From contig CAWBEH010000008.1 in NCBI GenBank assembly GCA_963787725.1, positions 64,806 through 128,805 of the forward strand: a stretch of DNA of 64,000 bases. Reading direction: 5' to 3'. The position numbers and the translations under genes were made by a program. Shown piece by piece: positions 1 through 8,100 of the stretch (positions within the stretch are counted from its first letter, which is position 1; each line of letters begins with the position of its first letter). This DNA is from an uncultured Actinomycetota bacterium. GTDB taxonomy: Bacteria; Actinomycetota; Actinomycetes; Actinomycetales; Dermatophilaceae. The notes below the pieces were generated by a model, which had not been told where the DNA came from, did not search any database, and saw only the letters and a program-made list of their open reading frames with translations.

Positions 1-193
1 TCTCGAGCGCGTCGACCGAGCCGTCCTCGTTCTTGGTGAGAATGAGAAGATCCAGCACCCGGATCAGACCGGACTCCGAGAGCCGGGCCAGCTCCTCCGC
101 GACCTCACCGGTGAAGTTCTGCTGACCCGCCGGGAACTCGACGACGAGGTAGTCGACGGGGCCGAGCTCTTCCAGTGTTGTCTCCGTGGTCAA
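1..193 (-). CDS. DUF6325-like hypothetical protein, 5' part (runs off window start)
   Basis: Manual translation from TTG at 193: MTTETTLEELGPVDYLVVEFPAGQQNFTGEVAEELARLSESGLIRVLDLLILTKNEDGSVDALE; AAGGAG RBS upstream. The GPVDYLVVEFP...IRVLDL pattern is typical of this family. Confidence 0.75.
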   Translation of the reverse strand, partial: MTTETTLEELGPVDYLVVEFPAGQQNFTGEVAEELARLSESGLIRVLDLLILTKNEDGSVDALE

Positions 194-296
194 CCGGAAT
201 CACTCCTTGACGTTGTGGACGTGCACGCGGTCGCGCTACACCACGGGATCCTTCCCCCCGCGCCCCGAGCGGGCATCACCTCAACCAGATGAGACG

Positions 297-419
297 TCAG
301 TGCGACGTCAGATGAGACCCCGACGCGGCGGTCCACGATCTGCCGCTCATCACCGCAGCGCCAGTGCTCATGGGCGTCGTCGTCCTTCGGGCGGAGCTCG
401 TCCCGAGGTGGATGGGCAT
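297..419 (-). CDS. possible 40-aa hypothetical protein upstream of the DUF6325-like gene
   Basis: ATG at 419, MPIHLGTSSARRTTTPMSTGAAVMSGRSWTAASGSHLTSH; co-oriented with the downstream gene; no recognisable domain. Confidence 0.25.
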   Translation of the reverse strand: MPIHLGTSSARRTTTPMSTGAAVMSGRSWTAASGSHLTSH

Positions 420-589
420 CGACCTGATCGTCCCAGCGGATCTGCTGTCCTTGTACACACAGGGCAGGCCCCAGGGACTTCGCCCCGTGACGGCGGCGGG
501 GGTCACACCTGGGAAACGCTGAGAATGAAACAGGCCTCGGCCTTGAGAGCGACGCTAGGACACCTCCCCGGGTGACAAGACGACCGTCG

Positions 590-685
590 GACGGTTCACA
601 TCTGCAGGTCCACGACAACGCCCAGGCCACGCTGAACGCCAACGGGACCGTCACGGTGTCGTTTGACCACCTGTCCTTCGCCTGA
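590..685 (+). pseudogene. orphan 3' fragment of an unknown gene
   Basis: Reads DGSHLQVHDNAQATLNANGTVTVSFDHLSFA* with protein-like codon usage but no start codon. Confidence 0.3.
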
Positions 686-809
686 TCCACCGAGGGGTCG
701 CGACGCGACGACCGGCATACGGCTGGCAACGCCGTACGCCGCTCTCACATGCGCTCGCCGTGCTCCTCCCCACGGGATCCTTGCCCTCCTCGACCTGGTC
801 GGTAGTTCC

Positions 810-1001
810 CCTCGTCACGTAGGAGGACATGCGCGCACCACCGGTGGCCGACGCTCCGGCACCGGCCGCACCACCCGCCGCGGCGCCGACGAAGACCAGC
901 TCACCAAGATCCGCGAATGGGCCTGCGCCAACGGCCACCAGGTCTCCGACCGCGGCCGCATCAGCACCGCCGTCCAAGAGGCCTACCACGCCGTCAACTG
1001 A
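810..1001 (+). pseudogene. lsr2: Lsr2 C-terminal DNA-binding domain fragment (N-terminal dimerisation domain absent)
   Basis: ...VGGHARTTGGRRSGTGRTTRRGADEDQLTKIREWACANGHQVSDRGRISTAVQEAYHAVN* contains the Lsr2 IREWA-x-NG-x-VS-x-RGRI motif; the upstream frame has no Lsr2 N-terminus or good start. Confidence 0.75.
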
Positions 1002-1254
1002 AAGAACCCACTACCCGAGGTGCGGGCCTCCGTCCCAGGCGGTGGGCGGCTTCACGGTCCTTCAGGAACCGGTGCAGCGGCATCGGGTCCAGCGTCGGCG
1101 TTCAACTGCGTCACCCCGAATAATGTCTGACGCGATTCACGATCGCGGTGCTAGAGGTCCGCGTCCGACTCCCCCGGCACGCGCCCGGTGGGTCGGCTCG
1201 ACGATCTGGTGCTGGTCGCTCCATAACGGTGGTGCTGTGCGGTGGGGTTCCTGG

Positions 1255-1746
1255 AGCCGAGATGGTGGCCTGAAGGTCCCGCATCGGCAGGTATCTGAAT
1301 CGCGGGTCGCTGTCGACGCTCGGAACCCAAATCGGGAAACGAACCCGGGCGCACGGTGTCACCCCGTGCGCAACGACACGCCGGCTCGCACGGCGGGCCC
1401 GACCGCGGCGGCAAGCTCCAACGCGTGCCACGTCAGCCACGTGCCCAGGCCCCGCCGCTGCCACCGCCGATCGACCCCGAGACGGGACACGACGACCGCC
1501 GACACCGGCAACCGCTCTACCCTCGGCGACCTCAGCGAAGTCAACGGTCGTCAGCCTGCACCTGGAACGAACCCAGCCGGTAGCAGCCAACCACCCGCCC
1601 TCAGTGGCGACCTGGACTGCCACACCCCGTTCCGCCGCGACCTCGTCCAGCCGCAGCCAGTCATCCACCACGGGATCACCGCAGCCGAAGTCCGACCGGT
1701 CATGCCGGCCAGGATCGATCCGCTCGATCCGGACAGCACCCACCAA
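1255..1746 (-). pseudogene. GNAT N-acetyltransferase (TacT/AtaT-like fold), frameshifted
   Basis: Segments in different frames: RIERIDPGRHDRSDFGCGDPVVDDWLR; VVGCYRLGSFQVQ (then in-frame stop); LPVSAVVVSRLGVDRRWQRRGLGTWL (acetyl-CoA motif); DSDPRFRYLPMRDLQATI. Confidence 0.65.
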
Positions 1747-2064
1747 CCCGCAGTCTTCCAGCCGGCGCGCTCCCGGATCGAACCCTGCTTCCGGCCCGCC
1801 CGACCTGCCAAGAGGCTCGCGGAGAAGCGTCCTACCACCCGCCGAGCGACGGGTGCGTTTGGTGCTGCAGTCCGGCGCCCAGAAAGGGCGCGGTCCCGGG
1901 TGGTGCTGACACCGCCTCGAGTCGAGATGGTCGCCTCAACGCGAGTCGCGGTCGAAGGATCGGAACCCGAACCGGTCGAGGAACCGGTCCAGGAACCGGT
2001 CGCGGGGACGGGCAACAGTGCGGCTGCAAGCTCGTCGACGGAATACGATCGTGGTTCGGTTCGG

Positions 2065-3018
2065 CTACCGCCATGCCCGGGTCGCCGTGTCGAGGGCGTC
2101 GATCTCGTCTTGGGTCAGTTGGAACGTGAGCGCCTCGGCGTTGGCGGTGGCCTGCTTTCGGTTCTTGGCCCCGGGGATGGGCAGAACCGTGTCGTTCTCG
2201 ATCAGCCAGCGCAGGGCCACCTGCCCAGGGGTTTTGCCATACCGTGCGCCTATCTGTTGAAGCAGGGCGGTGACCGGCTCGAGCGCCGTCAGATCCCGGC
2301 CACGGAACGGTTTGCCGAAACGCCGCAGGCCACGAGGCCGGTTGGTCCGGGTGTACCGGCCGGTGAGCGCGCCGCTGGCCAGCGGCTGGTAGGCGATCAG
2401 GGTGATGCCCAGCTCCCGGCAGACATCCAACACCCCGTTTGTCTCCGGCCGGCGGTGCAGCAGCGAGTACCCCACCTGGTTGGACGCCAGGGGTATGCCA
2501 CGCCGGGCAAGAGCGGCATGCGCCAGGCGCATCTGGTCGGCCGAGTAGTTGCTCACCCCGACGGCGCGGACCTGCCCGGCCGCGACGGCGTCGGCCATCA
2601 GCTCCATCAGGCGCGGAATCTCCACCCGCCGTGACGGGAAATGGTGCTGGTAAAGGTCGACGCGTTCACGGTGCAGCCGGGCCAGGCTGTCGGCGAGGTG
2701 CCGTGGCATGTCGTCCGCGGTGGCCCATATGGTGGCCGGGAACTTGGTGGCGATCACGGCCGCGTCGCTGGACAACTCCCCCAGCCGTCGCTCCGACGCG
2801 CCACCGGCATACATCGCTGCCGTGTCGAAGAGAGTCACCCCCGCCGCGACGCTAGCCTCCCAAGCTCCACGCTCCTCGTCGCGACCCTCGGCACCGCCGT
2901 AGGCGATCTTGGCCGGGTGCAGCCGGGCCAGCCCATGCGCCTCTCCCCAGGTCATCGCCCCGACGCCGAGCCGCGGCACCAGGACGTCGCTACGTCCGAG
3001 CGGCTGTACAAGTGGCAT
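2065..3018 (-). CDS. aldo/keto reductase
   Basis: MPLVQPLGRSDVLVPRLGVGAMTWG; FDTAAMY, IATKF, DLYQHH, VGVSNY and PIPGAK AKR motifs; ATG at 3018. Confidence 0.9.
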   Translation of the reverse strand: MPLVQPLGRSDVLVPRLGVGAMTWGEAHGLARLHPAKIAYGGAEGRDEERGAWEASVAAGVTLFDTAAMYAGGASERRLGELSSDAAVIATKFPATIWATADDMPRHLADSLARLHRERVDLYQHHFPSRRVEIPRLMELMADAVAAGQVRAVGVSNYSADQMRLAHAALARRGIPLASNQVGYSLLHRRPETNGVLDVCRELGITLIAYQPLASGALTGRYTRTNRPRGLRRFGKPFRGRDLTALEPVTALLQQIGARYGKTPGQVALRWLIENDTVLPIPGAKNRKQATANAEALTFQLTQDEIDALDTATRAWR

Positions 3019-3205
3019 GGCCAACCGTCCTGTCCACTCCTGGTCCTCACCTGAGGGTACGCATCGAGTCCATGCCGAGGACACCCGCGAGCGTCCCGGT
3101 TCCCTGCGCGAGGCAACGGCAGAATTGAAGACTCTCACCGGCAAGGAATGGAAGGCGCATAGACTCGGGATTGCCATATACGACGACGGCTCGGATTTTT
3201 GGTCT

Positions 3206-3778
3206 ATGGGGGGCGGAGGCGCAGGGCGCCTTCTGCTCACGGTACCTGAACACCGTTGGCGTGCGTGCTTGCAGGCGTTTGAGAAGCCGACGCCTTTCTC
3301 GGCAAGTCCTGAGATTGGTCTCGCCTATAGCCTGTTCTCCGGGGCCGATTTGGTCGGAAACAATCCGTATGCCCGCTTAGTACTTCTTGTCGCGGCGATA
3401 GAAGCAATAGCGGTACGTAAGGAAAAGCCTGCTGGATGGGTAGCGGAAGTACGCAGGGTAGAGGAGATGCTCAAGGCTGAGAGCGTTGACCCCATCGTCA
3501 TGCAGAGGATTCTCTCAGCGTTCCAAGAGATTCGCAGAGAGTCTATTGGTGAAGCGTGTCAACGGGCTGCGGGCGAAACTGAGTGGACGACGCTCCACGG
3601 CCTGTCGGCGGCGGCTTTTGTCAAGAAGTGCTATCGGGCGCGAAGCCTTATCGTTCATGGTTCCCTTGAGCGGCCGCCACACGCTGAAGTTGGGTTAATG
3701 GCTGCGGAGTTGAGTGGACTCGTCGGCCTGCTGATTGCCGGGGCCAACGTCGCTAGGGCGGCGAAGGCATCGCGGTAG
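3206..3778 (+). CDS. HEPN-domain protein (ApeA/MAE_28990-like), probably 5'-truncated
   Basis: RLVLLVAAIEAIA helix and KCYRARSLIVHG (Rx4-6H motif); AT-richer codons than the flanks. The frame stays open upstream of ATG 3206 and runs into the AKR gene, so the start is uncertain. Confidence 0.55.
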   Translation: MGGGGAGRLLLTVPEHRWRACLQAFEKPTPFSASPEIGLAYSLFSGADLVGNNPYARLVLLVAAIEAIAVRKEKPAGWVAEVRRVEEMLKAESVDPIVMQRILSAFQEIRRESIGEACQRAAGETEWTTLHGLSAAAFVKKCYRARSLIVHGSLERPPHAEVGLMAAELSGLVGLLIAGANVARAAKASR

Positions 3779-3809
3779 CCGGCTCGCGGCTCCTCCAGCC
3801 GCGTAGAGG

Positions 3810-4209
3810 CCCGTCGCCGCTCGGCATACTCTTCGACCGCCGACTCGGTGAACCGCACCAAGCCGCGTGAGAGCGCGTGCGCCTCTCAGGTCCCTTCAGT
3901 CTCGGCCTCCATCGAACTTCCCCGGGTCGTCCTTCCCGCACTTGCTGCAGCGTCGGTAAGCGCCGTCCGCTGAGTGCTCCATATGCCACTTGTGGTGGAT
4001 GTTGAGTCGGCAGAGCAAGGGCTTACGGCTTGGGGCCGGGCTTGTGGTCATGTCCTTCTCCTTGGTGAACGCCTGAGGAGCACCCCACCTGCCAACCGAA
4101 CCGAGAGTCGCGGTGTCAAACTCCGAGGGTAGACCCGTTCAGGGCTCACCCGGAGGTAGTCGGCGACCTCGGCCTCGGTCATCATCGGCGGCGACGATTT
4201 CCCCATCAT
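3810..4209 (-). pseudogene. excisionase-like HTH (HTH_17) gene interrupted by an insert
   Basis: N-half MMTEAEVADYLRVSPERVY (4185-4129) and C-half GLVRFTESAVEEYAERRR (~3864-3810) are in the same frame, separated by stops and a small ORF. Confidence 0.5.
3896..4051 (-). CDS. 51-aa Cys/His-rich small protein (putative zinc ribbon), below the ORF-track cutoff
   Basis: MTTSPAPSRKPLLCRLNIHHKWHMEHSADGAYRRCSKCGKDDPGKFDGGRD*; strong AAGGAGAAGGA RBS; C-x4-HH...CxxC pattern. Confidence 0.65.
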   Translation of the reverse strand: MTTSPAPSRKPLLCRLNIHHKWHMEHSADGAYRRCSKCGKDDPGKFDGGRD

Positions 4210-4324
4210 CTCCGGGAGCGTGGCACGGGCCGACCAGCTTGGGCTAGAGGCTCGGTGTCGCCGCTCCGGCCTACCCTCGACTATGGCGTGGTCGCATGGC
4301 CCTCCCCGACAGGAGCGCGGGACC

Positions 4325-4493
4325 ATGGTCGATTGGACCGCCGAGGACGGCGACCGCGACGTGTGGCTAGGCCGGTGGCTCGCCAACGGGGTGGCGGTGC
4401 GAGTACCCGTGGGCGGGTACGGAGGTAGTCATCAACGGGCGACTCGTTCGGAGGTACGCGCTCATCCGGGACGAGGGACCGCCCTCGGCCTAG
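4325..4493 (+). pseudogene. short hypothetical ORF, copy 1 (frameshifted)
   Basis: MVDWTAEDGDRDVWLGRWLANG then, after a shift, CEYPWAGTEVVINGRLVRRYALIRD; paralogous to 4875-5033. Confidence 0.5.
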
Positions 4494-4780
4494 CCCGGTT
4501 CGCGCGGAACGAACTTGCCGTCAACGAACTCTCCATCCCGAGGAAAGAGAGTGCTCCGCCGTACGTAGCTGTAATTGTCTGCTTGGCGCATCGCCTCGAC
4601 CATCAACCGCGTCTCGGGACTCGCCGCCGCCCACAGGGCATCGCGCTCCCGCAGCAGGGGTTGCAGCAACGCCCATCGAATCTTGACGAACTGCGTGCGG
4701 GGCCGCTGCACGGCCGCTGACCGCATGGCTTGTAGCCAACCGGGTTCGGTGTCGGCGTCGGAGTCTTGGGGCTCGCTCAT
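4490..4780 (-). CDS. hypothetical protein (96 aa)
   Basis: MSEPQDSDADTEPGWLQAMRSAAVQRPRTQFVKIRWALLQPLLRERDALWAAASPETRLMVEAMRQADNY...; protein-like composition; lies between the two paralogous copies. Confidence 0.4.
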   Translation of the reverse strand: MSEPQDSDADTEPGWLQAMRSAAVQRPRTQFVKIRWALLQPLLRERDALWAAASPETRLMVEAMRQADNYSYVRRSTLFPRDGEFVDGKFVPREPG

Positions 4781-4874
4781 TCGGCGAAGGGTAGGTCGGG
4801 GTTTCCGCGATGTCCGCCGAATCGGACCAACGGTGACCGGATAGCCGAGACCCCTCGGCAAGAGGCGCCGGAGG

Positions 4875-5033
4875 ATGGTCGATTGGACGCCGGAGGACGG
4901 CGACCGCATACGAGTGGCTCGCCGGGTGGCTCGCCGCGGGTCGAGCTGCGAGTATCCGTGGGCGGGTGTCGAGGTCGTCGTCAATGCGTGGCTCGTGCAC
5001 CGGTACGCGCTGATCCGCGACCGCCAGGTGTGA
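4875..5033 (+). CDS. short hypothetical ORF, copy 2 (52 aa; possibly with compensating internal frameshifts)
   Basis: MVDWTPEDGDRIRVARRVARRGSSCEYPWAGVEVVVNAWLVHRYALIRDRQV*; the alternative frame gives YEWLAGWLA, matching copy 1. Confidence 0.45.
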   Translation: MVDWTPEDGDRIRVARRVARRGSSCEYPWAGVEVVVNAWLVHRYALIRDRQV

Positions 5034-5062
5034 CCCTCCTCGGCGGAACGCGCGAGCCTCTC

Positions 5063-5095
5063 ATGTTCCGTCGATGTTCCGCCGATGTTCCGCCG
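5063..5095. repeat. 3 x 11-bp tandem repeat ATGTTCCG(T/C)CG beside the tRNA-Val 3' end
   Basis: Units at 5063-5073, 5074-5084 and 5085-5095. Confidence 0.85.
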
Positions 5096-5103
5096 GGCGA
5101 AAG

Positions 5104-5138
5104 CGGAGGCCCTCCCCGAATCCGGGAAAGGGCCTCCG
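5104..5138 (-). terminator. hairpin downstream of the tRNA operon
   Basis: CGGAGGCCCT (5104-5113) / AGGGCCTCCG (5129-5138) perfect 10-bp stem, 18 nt past tRNA-Val. Confidence 0.65.
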
Positions 5139-5155
5139 ACCTGCGGTTTTACTTG

Positions 5156-5227
5156 TGGGCGATACTGGGTTTGAACCAGTGACCTCTTCCGTGTCAAGGA
5201 AGCGCGCTACCACTGCGCCAATCGCCC
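5156..5227 (-). tRNA. tRNA-Val(GAC)
   Basis: GGGCGATTGGCGCAGTGGTAGCGCGCTTCCTTGACACGGAAGAGGTCACTGGTTCAAACCCAGTATCGCCCA; cloverleaf, anticodon GAC. Confidence 0.97.
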
Positions 5228-5270
5228 GAGTCCGGCCGTGTTCCGGCCGGTGGTCTCCCGGTGGTTCCCG

Positions 5271-5341
5271 AGGTGGAGACGGGATTTGAACCCGTGTACG
5301 CGGCTTTGCAGGCCGCTGCCTCGCCTCTCGGCCACTCCACC
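5271..5341 (-). tRNA. tRNA-Cys(GCA)
   Basis: GGTGGAGTGGCCGAGAGGCGAGGCAGCGGCCTGCAAAGCCGCGTACACGGGTTCAAATCCCGTCTCCACCT; anticodon GCA. Confidence 0.97.
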
Positions 5342-5370
5342 GCGAAGGCAAGTTGTTCTCGGTGCCTCCG

Positions 5371-5443
5371 AGCGGACGACCGGGCTCGAACCGGCGACCT
5401 CAACCTTGGCAAGGTTGCGCTCTACCAACTGAGCTACGTCCGC
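5371..5443 (-). tRNA. tRNA-Gly(GCC)
   Basis: GCGGACGTAGCTCAGTTGGTAGAGCGCAACCTTGCCAAGGTTGAGGTCGCCGGTTCGAGCCCGGTCGTCCGCT; anticodon GCC. Confidence 0.97.
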
Positions 5444-5553
5444 GGATGATCGGCGGTTTCACTCCCCCGCTCGATGCACGGTAGACAGTAGCGGACCCGG
5501 CGGACGATTCCCAAACCGGCCAGGCCGCCTCCGCAACGCCGGTATGCCGGTGC

Positions 5554-6346
5554 TCACGAGGCCCTCCGATGCTCGACCTGGCGAGGCTCCGACGGCCACG
5601 CCAGATCCAGATACTGCTGCTCTGAGGCGATGAGATCGTCGAGCAGGGGATCGCCCTCGCCCTCACCGTACGACCGCCGCCCCTCCATCTCGGTACGAGC
5701 CCATTCGACCAGCCGCGCGGTGGGCGCGAGTCGCACCGAGACCGGCCACAGCACCCGCGTCGCGGCGTTCAGACCGGCACCGACGAGCACGGCGATCGCC
5801 AGCGCACACAGCCAGATCAGCACGACGATCGGCGCCGAGAGAGACCCGTTGACGGACGTCCCGTCCAGCGACAGGCCGACGGTCCCGCGGACCACGAACG
5901 AGGCCACCACCCAGATGACCAGCGCCAGCCCCGCGCCCGGCGCCGCGCGCCACCAGCGTGCGTTGCGCGGCGTGGCGACGTGGAACAGCGTGGTGAGCGC
6001 AGCGACCGTGGCGACCGCGACCGCCGGCCAGTAGAGCAGCCCCGGCGAACCGCATCCGCTCCGGAAGCCAGCCGTCGACGATCGTCGGACCGAGCAGCAC
6101 CAGCGGGAGGACGACGACCCCGAAGACGAGGGCCGCGAGGTAGAGCGCTAAGGACAGCGCCCGGGTCCGGACGATGCCGCGGACTCCGCTCTGGCCGTAC
6201 CGAATCCCGATGGTGATCGCGATGGTGTCGACGAGGACGTTCAGGTAACGCAGAGTCGCGCGGATGGTCTCGAGCACCAGCCGCGCGGTCGTCGTGGCGC
6301 CGTGGACCTTGTCCAGCTCACGGCGCATCCGGGCCTTCACCGTCAT
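5554..6346 (-). pseudogene. YihY/virulence factor BrkB family membrane protein, with a +1 frameshift and an apparent internal deletion
   Basis: LNVLVDTI...YGQSGVRGIVRTRALSL and RAAPGAGLALVIWVVASFVVR...LSAPIVVLIWL motifs; frame change at the C4 run 6040-6043; total 793 nt (3n+1). Confidence 0.75.
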
Positions 6347-6434
6347 CGGCGACCACGTTAGCCACGGGCAAACCGGGATCCAGCCTGTGACACGGGTGAC
6401 GGAAGTGACGATTGGGACTCGTTACCATCGCCTG

Positions 6435-8081
6435 GTGGCGACGCATGCGGTGACCAACCAGGTCCCGCCCCTCGAGGACTATGACGTCCTGGGCACCGAC
6501 CCCGTCCTCGTCGAGGCCGTCGCCCGGTGGGGTGAACCGGCCGACGTCGACGGCCTGCACGCACTGGGCCGGACCGCCGGATCGGCCACCGCGCAACGCT
6601 GGGCCGACGACGCCGACCGCAACCCGCCGCGGCTTCGCACGCACCGGCCGACCGGGGAGCGGGCCGATGATGTCGACTACCACCCCGCATACCACTCCCT
6701 CCTGCGCACCGCCGTCGCGAACGGCCTGACCGCGGAGCCGTGGACGCGCCCGCCCGGGTCCCGCGCGCACGTGCGCCGCGCGGTCGGGTTCGTCATCTGG
6801 AGCCAGGTCGAGGCCGGCCACGGCTGTCCCGTGTCGATGACGTATGCGGCAGCGCCGGCCCTGCGCCACGACCCGGACCTCGCCGCGCTGTGGGTTCCGC
6901 GTCTCGCCTCCCGCGAGTACGAGCCGGAGCTGCGTCCCGTCGGTGACAAGGACGGTGCCCTCTGCGGGATGGGCATGACCGAGAAGCAGGGCGGCTCCGA
7001 CGTTCGCGCCAACACCACCAGGGCCGAGCCGGCCGCCCACGGGCCGGTGCCCGGAGCCGCATACCGGCTCACCGGTCACAAGTGGTTCTGCTCGGCGCCG
7101 ATGAGCGACGGCTTCCTCATGCTCGCGCAGACGCCGGGCGGCCTCACCTGCTTCGTGGTGCCGCGCGTCCTGGACGACGGCACTCGCAACCCGTTCGCCC
7201 TGCAGCGGCTCAAGGACAAGCTCGGCAACCGGTCCAACGCGTCGTCCGAGGTCGAGCTCGACGGCTCCTGGGGCTCACGGCTCGGTGAGGAGGGCCGCGG
7301 AGTCCGGACCATCATCGACATGGTCGCCGCGACCCGCCTCGACTGCGTCCTCGGCTCCGCGGCCACAATGCGCGCGGCGGTCACCCGCGCGGTCCACCAC
7401 GCCCGTCACCGGTCGGCCTTCGGCACCGTGCTCGTCGACCAGCCGCTGATGAGGGTGGTGCTCGCCGACCTCGCCGTCGAGTCGGAGGCGGCGACGCTGC
7501 TCGGTATGCGGCTGGCGCATGCGGTCGACGACCAGGAGTCGGCGTTCCTCCGGCTGGCGGTGGCAGCGGCCAAGTTCTGGGTGTGCAAACGGACCCCACC
7601 GATGGTGGCGGAGGCTCTGGAATGCCTGGGTGGCAACGGCTACGTCGAGGAGAACGGCCTGCCCCGGCTCTACCGCGAGGCGCCGCTCAACTCCATCTGG
7701 GAAGGGGCCGGCAACGTCAACGCGCTGGATGTCCTGCGCGCCGTCAGCCGGGAACCACTCGCCGTCGAGGGCCTCGACAAGGAGCTCTCCCAGGCGCGGG
7801 GACTCGACCGTCGGCTCGACGCCGCGATGGACCGGACGCTCGCCGCGGTCCGGGCGGCCGCCTCGGCCGAGCCGGTCGAGGCGCAGCTGGGCGCCCGGCG
7901 GCTGGTCCAGGACGTCGCGGTGACCCTGCAGGCCGCCCTGCTGGCGCAGCACTCCCCGTCCGTGGTCGCCGAGACCTTCGTCCAGAGCCGGCTAGGTGAT
8001 CAGGACGGCCGGGTGTTCGGCACGGTGCCGATCGGCGCTGACGCGGCCGGGGCGATCGTCGAGCGCGCGTTCGCCGGCTGA
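6435..8081 (+). CDS. aidB: acyl-CoA dehydrogenase family protein, AidB-like
   Basis: MATHAVTNQVPPLEDYD; GHGCPVSMTYAA, GMGMTEKQGGSDVR, GHKWFCSAPMSD, RLKDKLGNRSNASSEVE and REAPLNSIWEG motifs. Confidence 0.85.
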   Translation: MATHAVTNQVPPLEDYDVLGTDPVLVEAVARWGEPADVDGLHALGRTAGSATAQRWADDADRNPPRLRTHRPTGERADDVDYHPAYHSLLRTAVANGLTAEPWTRPPGSRAHVRRAVGFVIWSQVEAGHGCPVSMTYAAAPALRHDPDLAALWVPRLASREYEPELRPVGDKDGALCGMGMTEKQGGSDVRANTTRAEPAAHGPVPGAAYRLTGHKWFCSAPMSDGFLMLAQTPGGLTCFVVPRVLDDGTRNPFALQRLKDKLGNRSNASSEVELDGSWGSRLGEEGRGVRTIIDMVAATRLDCVLGSAATMRAAVTRAVHHARHRSAFGTVLVDQPLMRVVLADLAVESEAATLLGMRLAHAVDDQESAFLRLAVAAAKFWVCKRTPPMVAEALECLGGNGYVEENGLPRLYREAPLNSIWEGAGNVNALDVLRAVSREPLAVEGLDKELSQARGLDRRLDAAMDRTLAAVRAAASAEPVEAQLGARRLVQDVAVTLQAALLAQHSPSVVAETFVQSRLGDQDGRVFGTVPIGADAAGAIVERAFAG

Positions 8082-8100
8082 CCCGAGCCGCCTCGGGTCA
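8079..8100. terminator. bidirectional hairpin whose stem ends are the two convergent stop codons
   Basis: TGACCCGAG-ccgc-CTCGGGTCA, perfect 9-bp stem. Confidence 0.6.

Noticed and set aside
1967-2002. GAACCGGTC(G/C)AG x3 tandem repeat
   Set aside because: No spacers and only three short units; not a CRISPR array, and no function can be supported.
829-2634. 601-aa plus-strand ORF
   Set aside because: Pro/Arg-rich shadow frame spanning the lsr2 fragment, the GNAT relic and antisense AKR; no domain motif.
5061-5449. ORFs overlapping the tRNA cluster
   Set aside because: Spurious translations of tRNA genes.
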